Below are positions 17,170 through 25,711 of a DNA stretch of 64,000 bases, piece by piece. The notes below the pieces were generated by a model, which saw only the letters and a program-made list of their open reading frames with translations, was not told where the DNA came from and did no database searches. Each line of letters starts with the position of its first letter. The stretch's first letter is position 1. The stretch covers positions 95,056-159,055 of the forward strand of contig JACPUR010000035.1 in the NCBI GenBank assembly GCA_016192135.1, written 5' to 3'. Origin of the DNA: Candidatus Tectimicrobiota bacterium. Lineage in GTDB: Bacteria > UBA8248. A program made the translations under genes and the position numbers.

Positions 17170-18405
17170 TCAACCGCGCGATGCCTGCCGCGCGGGCGCG
17201 GCCTTCCTCGGGAGGAGGAGGGAGAGGAGGAAGCTCACCACGAGGAAGCCTGGCAGGATCCAGAAGGCGCTGTGGAGCCCCACCTGCTCGGCCACCTTCG
17301 AGATGGGATAGACCGAGAAGCTCGCCATCCCCCAGGCCACTCCCAGCATCATGGAGCTCGCGAAGCCGCGGTTGTTGGGCATCATCTCCTGCGCGTAGGC
17401 GATGCCCACCCCCATCATCAGGTACATGCTGATCCCGACCGCGGCGAGGATGGCCATGCCCAGGCCGGGGGGCGAGGCGAGGAACGCCGAAAGGCTGAGG
17501 AAGGAGAGGACCTGCGCGGTGACGACGATGGTCCGCATGCCGATGCGATCGGCCAGGACGCCGCCGAGCATCACCCCCAGGCCGCCGAAGAAGAGTAGGA
17601 TGGCGTTCGCCGTCCCGCCTTGCCAAAGCCCCAGCCCCCGCTCCACGTAAAGGGTCGGGAGGAAGCCCATCAGGTTGATGTTCACCATGGCGCGGCAGAA
17701 CGTGATGCCGGTCAGGATGACGAGTGGAAGCCCGGCCTCCCGCAGGGACGCCTGCAGGCCCCGAAGGAGGGAAGGGCCGCCCGCCCCAATTTGAACGGCC
17801 GCAGGCGGGTCGGGCAGACCCCAGCGCACCGCCAGCGCGGCGCCCACGGCGATCAGCGCATAGACCCAAAGCCACTCCATCCCGAACGTCCCCGCCACCC
17901 CGATGGCCACAAGGGGGCCGAAGGAGAAGCCGAGCCGCCCTCCCGTCACGAAGGCGCTCACGGCCAGCCCCTTGTACCGCTGGCTCAGGTTGCTCGCCCG
18001 CAGGGACATGTCGGGATGGCAGAGGCCCGCCATGCAGCCCCCGAAGAGGACGGCCACGCCCACGAGGGTGTAGCTCGGCGCCCAGCCGATGGCGGTCATG
18101 GCGAAGGCGCTCCCGCCCAGCCCCACGACGAGCCAGGGGAGGCGGGGCCAGCGGTCCACCACTACGGCGGTGAGGGGCTGGGCGAATGCGTTGCTCAGCG
18201 AGAGAGTGGTGACGAGCAGCCCCGCCTGGCTCAGGGAGAGCTGGAACTTCTCGCGGAGGAGAGGAAGCAGCGGCGAGAGCATGCTGACGAGGCTGTCCAC
18301 CACGAAGTGCGCAAAGACCAGGATGGCCATCGCCGCCCAGGGAAAGGACTCGGCGGCGGGGGCGGGCCCGGCGGGGGAGACGCCTACGAGGTTCGCCTGG
18401 GTCAT
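17170..18405 (-). CDS. MFS transporter
   Basis: 12-TM topology. MFS motifs (G-x-L-x-D-R-x-G-R-like 'VVDRWPRLP'). Confidence 0.8.
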   Translation of the reverse strand: MTQANLVGVSPAGPAPAAESFPWAAMAILVFAHFVVDSLVSMLSPLLPLLREKFQLSLSQAGLLVTTLSLSNAFAQPLTAVVVDRWPRLPWLVVGLGGSAFAMTAIGWAPSYTLVGVAVLFGGCMAGLCHPDMSLRASNLSQRYKGLAVSAFVTGGRLGFSFGPLVAIGVAGTFGMEWLWVYALIAVGAALAVRWGLPDPPAAVQIGAGGPSLLRGLQASLREAGLPLVILTGITFCRAMVNINLMGFLPTLYVERGLGLWQGGTANAILLFFGGLGVMLGGVLADRIGMRTIVVTAQVLSFLSLSAFLASPPGLGMAILAAVGISMYLMMGVGIAYAQEMMPNNRGFASSMMLGVAWGMASFSVYPISKVAEQVGLHSAFWILPGFLVVSFLLSLLLPRKAAPARQASRG

Positions 18406-19607
18406 GCCGTCTCTCCGGCCAGCTTCGCCTGGGGGCGCAGCCGCTCGCGGTGCAGGAGAATGGCCACGACCCCTCCCGCCGCGAACATCAGCGCGTAGAA
18501 CAGGAAAACGAGGCGGAGCCCGAACGACTGGGCCACGAGGCCTCCGATGATGGGCGAGAGCGTGCTCGCGCCCTCATTCATACCATAGATGAGGCCCACC
18601 GAGCTTGAGCGCTGGCGCTCCTCCACCAGCTCCGTCCCCACGGCCAGCACCAGGCTCGGCACCGGCGTGAGCAGGACGCCGACGGAGGCCACGGCGAGGA
18701 GCAGCGCCGGCACCGAGTTGACCCACGACAGGCTCGACAGGGCCGCCGCCGTCATGAAGGTCATGACCACGATGAAGATGGTGCGGTTCCCGCCGAGCCG
18801 GTCCGACCATTGGCCCACGAAGAGGGTGGCCACCGTGCCCAGCACGAAATAGCCGCTCAGGATCCATCCCGCCTGCCGGACGTCGTAGCCGAAGGACTGG
18901 GTCAGGAGGAGGGGGAGGAAGGTCATCAGCCCCCGGAAGCCGGTGATGCGGAAGGTCGAGAGCGTCACCAGCAGCATGAGGCGCCGGTTCCGGAACAGGG
19001 CGCCGATGGTGGAGCGGGCCGCCTGCCGCATGGCCTGCCCCTGAGAACCCTGGTCCCGGAAGCGGAGCCAGATGAGGGCGGCCCAGACGAGGCCTGGAAG
19101 GACGAGCACCTGGACGGCCGCCTGCCAGCTCATCAGGTAGGCGGTGAGCCATCCCACCAGGGCCGGGGTGACGATGTGCCCGACATCGCCCCCGCCGTTG
19201 AAGATGGCCATGGTGAAGCCCCGGCGGCCCGGAAGCTCCCGCGTGATCAGCGAGACGGCGGGAGGATGGTAGGCGGCGCTCCCCAGGCCGCTGATGAAGC
19301 CGAGCAGGAGCAGCAGTCGGTAGCTCCCCGCGTAGGCGTAGAAGAGGACGGGCAGGGCCTGGATGAGATGGGAGAGAGCCAAAACGGTGCGCCAGCGGCC
19401 GGTATAGTCGGCGAGGAAAGAGAAGGGAAACTGGAAGAGGCTGTTCGAGAGTGAATAGGCCGAAACAAGGATGCCCGCCTCGACGTAGCTGAGATCGTAC
19501 TCCTTCACGATGAGCGGGAGCACGGGGATGAGGAGGTACATGTAAAAGGAGTTGAGGCCATGGCTGGCGGAGAGGGCGAACAGGTTGAATTTCTTTTTGG
19601 CGTCCAT
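18402..19607 (-). CDS. MFS transporter (paralog, tandem)
   Basis: 12-TM topology. Start placed at ATG 19607 (MDAKKKFNLF). 4-nt overlap with the downstream MFS gene. Confidence 0.7.
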   Translation of the reverse strand: MDAKKKFNLFALSASHGLNSFYMYLLIPVLPLIVKEYDLSYVEAGILVSAYSLSNSLFQFPFSFLADYTGRWRTVLALSHLIQALPVLFYAYAGSYRLLLLLGFISGLGSAAYHPPAVSLITRELPGRRGFTMAIFNGGGDVGHIVTPALVGWLTAYLMSWQAAVQVLVLPGLVWAALIWLRFRDQGSQGQAMRQAARSTIGALFRNRRLMLLVTLSTFRITGFRGLMTFLPLLLTQSFGYDVRQAGWILSGYFVLGTVATLFVGQWSDRLGGNRTIFIVVMTFMTAAALSSLSWVNSVPALLLAVASVGVLLTPVPSLVLAVGTELVEERQRSSSVGLIYGMNEGASTLSPIIGGLVAQSFGLRLVFLFYALMFAAGGVVAILLHRERLRPQAKLAGETA

Positions 19608-19836
19608 CCGCGATTCGGCCTCGGGCACTGCGAGAGGCGGCATTGTCGTCGGGGGCCCGGCGCGCGTCAACGCCGGTGGGATACTTTGCGCCGGGGTGGA
19701 ACCCACCGCCGGTTTTTCCGTGGGGGGCGCACGGCCGTGCGCCCCTGCGAAGACAGGAACGGAAGCCCCGGCCGGGTTTCGGGCCCCTCCTTTCCTGGTA
19801 TCCTCCGGAGCGGGATGTCCGGTTTCGGGAGGCTAC

Positions 19837-20655
19837 GTGGCCCAGCCGCCGCGCTTCGATGAGAAAGCCGCCCGCCGCGTCGAGGCGGTCTACACCACGC
19901 CGGACGTGGCCGGCCAGCGGGCCCTCGTCCTGGAGGCGCTGGGGCTCAGGCCCGGGGAGCGCGTCCTGGACGTGGGGGTGGGCCCGGGTTTCCTGGCCCG
20001 GGAGATGGCCGGGGCCGTGGGGCCCGGGGGCTCGGTCGAGGGAGTGGACGTGAGCCCCGCCATGCTGGAGCTGGCCCGGGCGCGGCTGGAGGGCTTGCCG
20101 TGCGCCTCCCTGCGGGAGGGGGACGCTCTTCACCTGCCATTCGGCGATGAGGAGTTCGACGCCGCGGCGGCCATCCAGGTGTATGAGTACGTGAAGGAGA
20201 TCGATCGGGCGCTCGCCGAGCTTTTCCGGGTGCTGGGCCCAGGGGGCCGGGCGGCCATCCTGGACACGGACTGGGGCTCCCTCGTCTGGCGAGCGCGGGA
20301 CGGCGAGCGGGCGCGCCGCGTCATGGAGGCCTGGGACGAGCACCTGGCCGACCCCCACCTGCCGCGCACCCTCTCGGGCCGGCTGAGAAGGGCGGGGTTC
20401 GATATCCTCCGCCGGGAGGCGGTGCCCATCCTCAACCCCGAGTACAATCCGGGCACTTACAGCGCAGGGATGATCGGCCTCATCGTCCCCTTCGTCATCG
20501 GCCGCCGGGGCGTCACCAAGGAGGAGGCCAAGGCCTGGGCCGAGGACCTCAAGGCTCTGGGCGAACGAGGGGGGTACTTTTTCAGCCTCAACCGCTATCT
20601 CTTCCTCGTCCGCAAGCCGGGCGGGGCGCAGCGCGCGCAAGCGGAATCTTCCTAA
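19837..20655 (+). CDS. class I SAM-dependent methyltransferase
   Basis: GTG 19837 after GGGAGG. Motif I (VLDVGVGPGFLA). Methyltransf_11-like. Confidence 0.7.
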   Translation: MAQPPRFDEKAARRVEAVYTTPDVAGQRALVLEALGLRPGERVLDVGVGPGFLAREMAGAVGPGGSVEGVDVSPAMLELARARLEGLPCASLREGDALHLPFGDEEFDAAAAIQVYEYVKEIDRALAELFRVLGPGGRAAILDTDWGSLVWRARDGERARRVMEAWDEHLADPHLPRTLSGRLRRAGFDILRREAVPILNPEYNPGTYSAGMIGLIVPFVIGRRGVTKEEAKAWAEDLKALGERGGYFFSLNRYLFLVRKPGGAQRAQAESS

Positions 20656-20669
20656 AGGAGCGGACGGTC

Positions 20670-21002
20670 ATGCCTGTGTACAGCTGGAAGGACGTGCCGG
20701 AGAAGCAGCTCAACAACATCGTGCGGGGGCGCATCGTCCAGACCAAGAACGTCATGGCCTGCCGCATCACCGCCCCCCAGGGGGGGAAGGTCAAGACCCA
20801 CACCCACCCCTTCGACCAGATCACCCATCTGCTGCGCGGGAAGTTCCTCTGGCAGATCGAGGGGGAGGAGCCCCGCATCGTCCAGGCCGGGGACGTGCTG
20901 GTGCTCCCGGCCGGCACCCCGCACGGGGGCGAGGTGCTCGAGGAGGCGGAGTACATCGACATCTTCTCCCCGCCCAACCCGGATTTCGGTTGGGATAAGT
21001 AG
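20670..21002 (+). CDS. cupin domain protein
   Basis: AAAGGAG SD. (HTHPFDQITHLLRGK ... PAGTPHGGE) cupin motifs. Confidence 0.7.
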   Translation: MPVYSWKDVPEKQLNNIVRGRIVQTKNVMACRITAPQGGKVKTHTHPFDQITHLLRGKFLWQIEGEEPRIVQAGDVLVLPAGTPHGGEVLEEAEYIDIFSPPNPDFGWDK

Positions 21003-21079
21003 TCGGAATGCAGGAATGAGCAGAGAAAGAAGCGGGGCGGTCGTCTGGCCGACCCGCCTCTTTTTTCGCTTGGCTTGCC

Positions 21080-21787
21080 TCAGTCCAGCATCGCGACGGC
21101 GCGGATGGGGGAGCCGGTGCCGCCCTTGAGCTTCAAGGGCAGGCCGATGAAGGTGAAGCGCTTGCCCACGAGGCGCTTGGGGATGACGAGGTTCTCGGTG
21201 TTGAGCATGTTGCGCTCCCTGCACACCTGGTGGGCGGGGTAGGGCTCGTCCGCGTCCGGCGTCATGGTGACCGGGTTCTCGATGGTAAAGGGCTCGCAGC
21301 CCACGTTCCCCACGCCATGGTCGGCCAAGTACTCGGCCCCCTTGCGGCTCAGGCCGGCGAACTCGGTCCACCACTTGTCCTTGTCGTGGAACCACTTCTC
21401 ATAGTGCCCCGAGTGGTAGAGGAAGGTGTCGCCCTTCTCGATCTTCAAGCCGTGGCGCTTGAGCTCGGCCTCGATGTGCTCGGGCTCGATGAAGGTGCGC
21501 GCGGGGATATTGGAGAAGTCCACGCACAGGCCCCCCGTCACGAAGCGGGCGAGGGGGAGCTGGTCGATGGAGGGGGAGCCGGGCGCCGGGTTGAAGTGGT
21601 TGATGGCGTCCACGTGGGTCGAACTGTGATCGGAGAGCTTGAAGGACATCGCCATGAAGGAGAACTTGCCCTTGAAGCGCTTCGAGGACTCCTCGTGCGT
21701 CATCATCGGCGCGATTTCGGGGGTGGGGTGGAAGGGCCGGGCGTAGCCTCCGGGGGCGATGGTCTGGGCGAGGTCGATCAGCTCCAC
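21080..21787 (-). CDS. cyclase family protein (second paralog)
   Basis: GTG 21787 with AAGGAG 7 nt upstream gives (M)ELIDLAQ..., typical of the cyclase N-terminus. (HSSTHVDAINH) motif. The longer ORF-track start is rejected. Confidence 0.7.
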   Translation of the reverse strand: MELIDLAQTIAPGGYARPFHPTPEIAPMMTHEESSKRFKGKFSFMAMSFKLSDHSSTHVDAINHFNPAPGSPSIDQLPLARFVTGGLCVDFSNIPARTFIEPEHIEAELKRHGLKIEKGDTFLYHSGHYEKWFHDKDKWWTEFAGLSRKGAEYLADHGVGNVGCEPFTIENPVTMTPDADEPYPAHQVCRERNMLNTENLVIPKRLVGKRFTFIGLPLKLKGGTGSPIRAVAMLD

Positions 21788-21845
21788 AATTCTTCTCCTT
21801 AAAATTGAACAGTGCGGATGTGACGGGGGGTCGCCTTTCATCCGC

Positions 21846-21873
21846 AGGGGCGGTTCGCGAACCGCCCCTGCGC
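21846..21873. repeat. REP family 2 unit (GCAGGGGCGGTTCGCGAACCGCCCCTGC)
   Basis: Perfect 28-nt palindrome. Same unit at 27311 and 29842. Confidence 0.5.
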
Positions 21874-21943
21874 GGGACAGATCTTCAAAACGCCCTCGCA
21901 TGCGGCCGGAACCGGGATTCGCCGCGCGGCCGCCCGGCGGGCC

Positions 21944-23530
21944 TCAAATCCTGGGCGCCGAAACCGGCTTCCACGTCCGCTTGAGCTTCAAATCCTCCGC
22001 GATGGCGTTGGCGCAGTTGTAGCCGGGCGCGCCGGTGACGGCCCCGCCCACGTGGGAGCTCGACCCGCACAGGTAGAGGCCCTTCACCGGGGTGCGGAAT
22101 TGGCTCACCTTGGGGTGGGGCCGGTTGAAGCCGAGCTGCTCGGGGATGTAGGCCCCGACGTGGTGGCTGGCCCGCGGCATGTTGGCGTTGCCCTTGGCGA
22201 TGTCGTAGGGGGTGTAGAGGTAGCTGCCCAGGATGTTGCTCTTGTTGACGTTCGGGGCGTAGGCCTGCCACGCCTTGATGAACTCCTGGGTGAGCTCCTT
22301 GCGGTGCCTGTCCCATCCCTTGGCCCCCTCGCCGTTCAGCTCGTAGGGGGCGAAGGGCCACCAGAAGCCCACGTGGGCGCCCTCGGGGGCGTAGCTTGGC
22401 TCGAAGAGGCTGTTGCTGCCGCCGTTCCCCATGAGGCGGGGCAGATCGTTCCTGTGGATGTCCTCGAAGCACTCGTCGATCTCTTCGGTCGTGTCCGCGC
22501 CCCAGAAGATGTTGAAGGTCCTGTTGATGTCGGGTTCGAACTTGGCCGCCTTGAAGTCCGGAGCCTTCTTGAGGGCGAGGTGGATGGTGCACAGGGCGTG
22601 GGAGGCCCACTTATATTTCTTGGCAGCGGCCGAGAGCTCCTTGCCGAGGTGGCTCTCCCCCGCGAGCTGGACGGTCAGGGGCCAGTTCACCCCGCTCGCG
22701 ACGAACTTCCCGGCCTGGAGTCTCGTGCCGTCGTCCAGCGCCACGCCGGTGGCCTCGCCGCCGCGGACCGCGATCTCCCTGACTGCGGCGTCCGTGAAGA
22801 CCTTGCCTCCGCCCTGGACGATGACGCGCTCCAGGGCGCGGGCGAAGTTGGCGCTGCCGCCCACCGGCAGCCCGAAGTTGGCGATGCGCGAGAAGATGCG
22901 AGGAAAGAAGATCCCCGTCTTGGGCGTATTCTCCAGGGTGAAGGAGCCCAGGAAGAGCTTGAAGAGCACCCGCAGCCGCTCGTCCTCGAAGTGCTGGTCC
23001 ACCGCCTCGTACATGCTGAGGTCGTTGTACGCCCAGAACTCGCGGCCCAGCGGGCCCGAGAAGCGTTCGGCCATCTCGTCCGGCGGGAGGGGCGCGCAGT
23101 ACATGAACGAGGTGATGATGTCGAGCATGCCCTCGGTGAACTTGACGTGGAGCTCGCGGTAGGTTTTCGCGTCCTTCTTGTTGAGGCGGGCGATGGACTT
23201 GACCGTCTTCTCCACGTCGCGGTGGATGACGAAGCCCGTGCCGTCGCGGAAGACGCACCCCTGCTGCTGCTCGGGATAGACGAGGGCGAGGCCGTACTTG
23301 TGCAGTTCCAGGTCGTCGAGGATGGGGGAGCGGTCCAGTCCGACGTAGTAGTTCGAGTGGAGGTTGTGCTTGAAGCCGGGGAGCGTCACCTCGCGGGTCG
23401 AGCAGCCCCCGCCGATGACGCTGGCGCGCTCCAGCACGGCCACCTTCATCCCCGCCTTCGCCAGGTAGGCGCCGCAGACGAGGCTGTTGTGCCCGCCGCC
23501 GATCAAGATTCCGTCGAATGCTTCGGACAT
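21944..23530 (-). CDS. phytoene desaturase-family FAD/NAD(P)-dependent oxidoreductase (CrtI-like)
   Basis: ATG 23530 after AAGGAG. (GILIGGGHNSLVCGAYLAKAG) dinucleotide-binding motif. Amino-oxidase fold. Ends 150 nt before the cyclase gene. Confidence 0.75.
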   Translation of the reverse strand: MSEAFDGILIGGGHNSLVCGAYLAKAGMKVAVLERASVIGGGCSTREVTLPGFKHNLHSNYYVGLDRSPILDDLELHKYGLALVYPEQQQGCVFRDGTGFVIHRDVEKTVKSIARLNKKDAKTYRELHVKFTEGMLDIITSFMYCAPLPPDEMAERFSGPLGREFWAYNDLSMYEAVDQHFEDERLRVLFKLFLGSFTLENTPKTGIFFPRIFSRIANFGLPVGGSANFARALERVIVQGGGKVFTDAAVREIAVRGGEATGVALDDGTRLQAGKFVASGVNWPLTVQLAGESHLGKELSAAAKKYKWASHALCTIHLALKKAPDFKAAKFEPDINRTFNIFWGADTTEEIDECFEDIHRNDLPRLMGNGGSNSLFEPSYAPEGAHVGFWWPFAPYELNGEGAKGWDRHRKELTQEFIKAWQAYAPNVNKSNILGSYLYTPYDIAKGNANMPRASHHVGAYIPEQLGFNRPHPKVSQFRTPVKGLYLCGSSSHVGGAVTGAPGYNCANAIAEDLKLKRTWKPVSAPRI

Positions 23531-23805
23531 GGGTGAAAACTCCTTCCCGCATCCGGGGCCGGGGCGAGGGCCGCATCCTCCCGGCCGCGGGAGGATGCGA
23601 GTGGATTTGATCGTGTCAACGGGGATAATTTGCCCCAAGTCCGGCCCTGGCACAACCGGTCCGAAAAAGGGCGAGGCCGGGTGTGAAGAGGGCCACAGGA
23701 GCCGATGTGAGGGAAGCCACTGGCGGCCGGATTTTCCTTTCGCTTTCGGGTGACGATAATATATACAGGCCCGATCTTTCCGGCTCGGGGGCGGAGGGGA
23801 CGGCG

Positions 23806-24132
23806 GTGCTGACCACGCTGCGGAAAACCATCGGACGGCTGGCTCTTGTCGGAGGGGCGGGCCTGCTCGTCTTTCAGGTTGTGCAGTGGAGACAGCAGGG
23901 CATCTGGACGGCCTTCCCTCTGGGCATCCTCCTGGAAGGCTTCATGCGCCTCATCGGGACGCTGATGGGAATGCTGCCCTTCGTCACTCCGGAAGGCGTC
24001 GAGATGTTCCTCTACTTCGACATTTCCCAACTTCCCGGCGTCCTGCACCGCTTCTTCCTCGTCCTTCCTCTGTCGGGTTTTCTCCTGGTCCTGGGCTATT
24101 TCTGCTTGAGATGGGAAAAATACCTGGGATAG
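23806..24132 (+). CDS. small hypothetical membrane protein (3 TM)
   Basis: GTG 23806 after GGAGGGG. Hydrophobic helices. Start uncertain (the ORF-track start 23683 lies upstream of an AT-rich promoter-like stretch). Confidence 0.3.
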   Translation: MLTTLRKTIGRLALVGGAGLLVFQVVQWRQQGIWTAFPLGILLEGFMRLIGTLMGMLPFVTPEGVEMFLYFDISQLPGVLHRFFLVLPLSGFLLVLGYFCLRWEKYLG

Positions 24133-24185
24133 GGTAAGCGATTGATTTGAATTCGTTTGCCGTCGCGGGGCGCCGCCGAAAAACC

Positions 24186-24214
24186 TTGACTCCCCGCCTC
24201 CGAATTTTTATATT
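24186..24214 (+). promoter_or_regulatory. sigma70-like promoter (TTGACT-17nt-TATATT)
   Basis: Near-consensus -35 and -10 hexamers with 17-nt spacing, approx 45 nt upstream of a small ORF with a perfect SD. Confidence 0.4.
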
Positions 24215-24264
24215 GGTATTGGAAGCACGGACATCGTCATGCGCGCGACAAGAGGAGGATCTTC

Positions 24265-24363
24265 ATGGCCAATGGCATGATGATGGCTCCAACGATGAAG
24301 ATAGTGCGAAAGGTGCTGAAGGCGCCTTTCGGGCGGAAGAGGGTCCTCAAGAATCCGGAGTAA
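24265..24363 (+). CDS. small ORF (32 aa), Met-rich and basic
   Basis: AGGAGG 6 nt before the ATG. Encodes (MANGMMMAPTMKIVRKVLKAPFGRKRVLKNPE). Consensus promoter upstream. Strong terminator 160 nt downstream. Confidence 0.35.
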   Translation: MANGMMMAPTMKIVRKVLKAPFGRKRVLKNPE

Positions 24364-24521
24364 GGGCCCTGGTGCGCGGTCGCTGGCCGCACTGTGGGCC
24401 GCCGGAAAAGTCAGCGGGAAGGACGGCCGCCTTCCGAGTGTCGCTCGAGAGGGCGTGTCGCTAAGATGAGACGAGAGGCCGGGCATCCGGCCTGGGAGTC
24501 CGGCGAAGCTCCGGACCCACG

Positions 24522-24562
24522 AAAAGAAAAAAAGCGGCGCCGCGAGGCGCCGCTTCTTTTTT
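24522..24562. terminator. bidirectional rho-independent terminator
   Basis: A-run, GCGGCGCC-GCGA-GGCGCCGC hairpin, T-run. Serves the small-ORF unit (+) and the convergent cupin gene (-). Confidence 0.6.
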
Positions 24563-24583
24563 GGGCGATCGCTTGCGCGGCGC

Positions 24584-24985
24584 CTAGTGGCCCTTCTGGG
24601 CCTCCGCCGTCCGCTGCCGGATGGCGTCGGTGGTGTAGAGATGCCGGTCCTTGGCCAGATCGGTGTTGAAGACGGGGCAGAAGACCTCGAGCAGCATGCC
24701 CGGCTCGTGGGTCGTCATCCGGAGCATGTGCATCGCGCCCTTGGGGACGTGCACCACGTCGCCCGGGCGCAGGATGCGCGTGTCGCCCTCGAGCGTGAAC
24801 TCCCACTCCCCCGCCTGGATGTAGAAGAACTCCTCGTGGTCGGGATGGTTGTGGGGCTTCGTGGGCGTGCCGCCCGGCTCCATGATGAGGTGCTGCATCT
24901 GCATGTTGTCGCCGAAGATGCGGCGGTGGGCCGCCCCGGGACGGTCATGGGAGAGGGGAAGTAGGTCCCAGTTGTAGAACGCCAT
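24584..24985 (-). CDS. cupin domain protein
   Basis: AGGAGG SD. (HNHPDHEEFFYIQAG ... VVHVPKGAMH) cupin motifs. Confidence 0.7.
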   Translation of the reverse strand: MAFYNWDLLPLSHDRPGAAHRRIFGDNMQMQHLIMEPGGTPTKPHNHPDHEEFFYIQAGEWEFTLEGDTRILRPGDVVHVPKGAMHMLRMTTHEPGMLLEVFCPVFNTDLAKDRHLYTTDAIRQRTAEAQKGH

Positions 24986-25108
24986 TCCAATTCCTCCTTG
25001 CTTGCGGAAATCCGCTCGGGAGCGGCTTAAGAGGGGGCGATGATAGCCCCACTCCCCGGAGGAAGAAAAGCGCCGCTCGCGTTTTCCGCGATGCGGAAGC
25101 GGGAAATC

Positions 25109-25546
25109 CTATTCGGGCGTCAGCTCGAGGGTGTGGATGCCCCGGGTGTACTGGTGGGGCCGGAGGGAGCGCCCGGGGGGGAGGAAGGCGTATCCCAGCC
25201 GGCGGCCATCCGCTCCCAGGACGGCGTAGAGCCGCATCGGAGCGAGGCGCCTGGCCAGCACGGGCAGCCGCTCCGCGCCCGTCTCCCCCGAGACGTAGCG
25301 GGCCGGGTTCAGGAGCAGGTGGAGGGGCTCGGCGAGGTCCTCGGCGAGGACGGCCACGCGCTCGGTCGTCTCCCGGGTTTCGAGCAGATACTCCGCGTAG
25401 AAGAGGCGGTCGCGGTAGAGCTGCTCGTCCAGGGGCGGCATGGGCTCGAGGCGGACGTTGTCGCGGGCCAGGAGGCCGGCGCCGCCGCACCCGGCGGGCG
25501 CGGCCAGCAGGAGCCCGGCCAGGATGAGGGCGCCGATGTATCCCAC
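25109..25546 (-). CDS. hypothetical lipoprotein
   Basis: GTG 25546 after GGAGGA. Signal-anchor (GALILAGLLLAAPAGC). Divergent from pepA. Confidence 0.4.
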   Translation of the reverse strand: MGYIGALILAGLLLAAPAGCGGAGLLARDNVRLEPMPPLDEQLYRDRLFYAEYLLETRETTERVAVLAEDLAEPLHLLLNPARYVSGETGAERLPVLARRLAPMRLYAVLGADGRRLGYAFLPPGRSLRPHQYTRGIHTLELTPE

Positions 25547-25711
25547 CGTCTTCCTCCGTCTCGGGCGCGCGCGGAAAGCTCCTCTACTCTTCCACAAACC
25601 GGCCCGCGAAGGAAGGCCCGCCGGTGGCGGCCCGCCCCTGCTTCCGCTAGACTGCCGCCCCGGCCCGCGAGAGCGGCGCTTGCCTGCCCGAATCCCCAGA
25701 GGAGAGTCCGC

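Noticed and set aside
25040-25711. In-frame 224-aa upstream extension of pepA (ORF-track 738 aa)
   Set aside because: No homology to M17 N-domains. It overlaps a convergent lipoprotein gene and a divergent promoter region. ATG 25712 has an SD.
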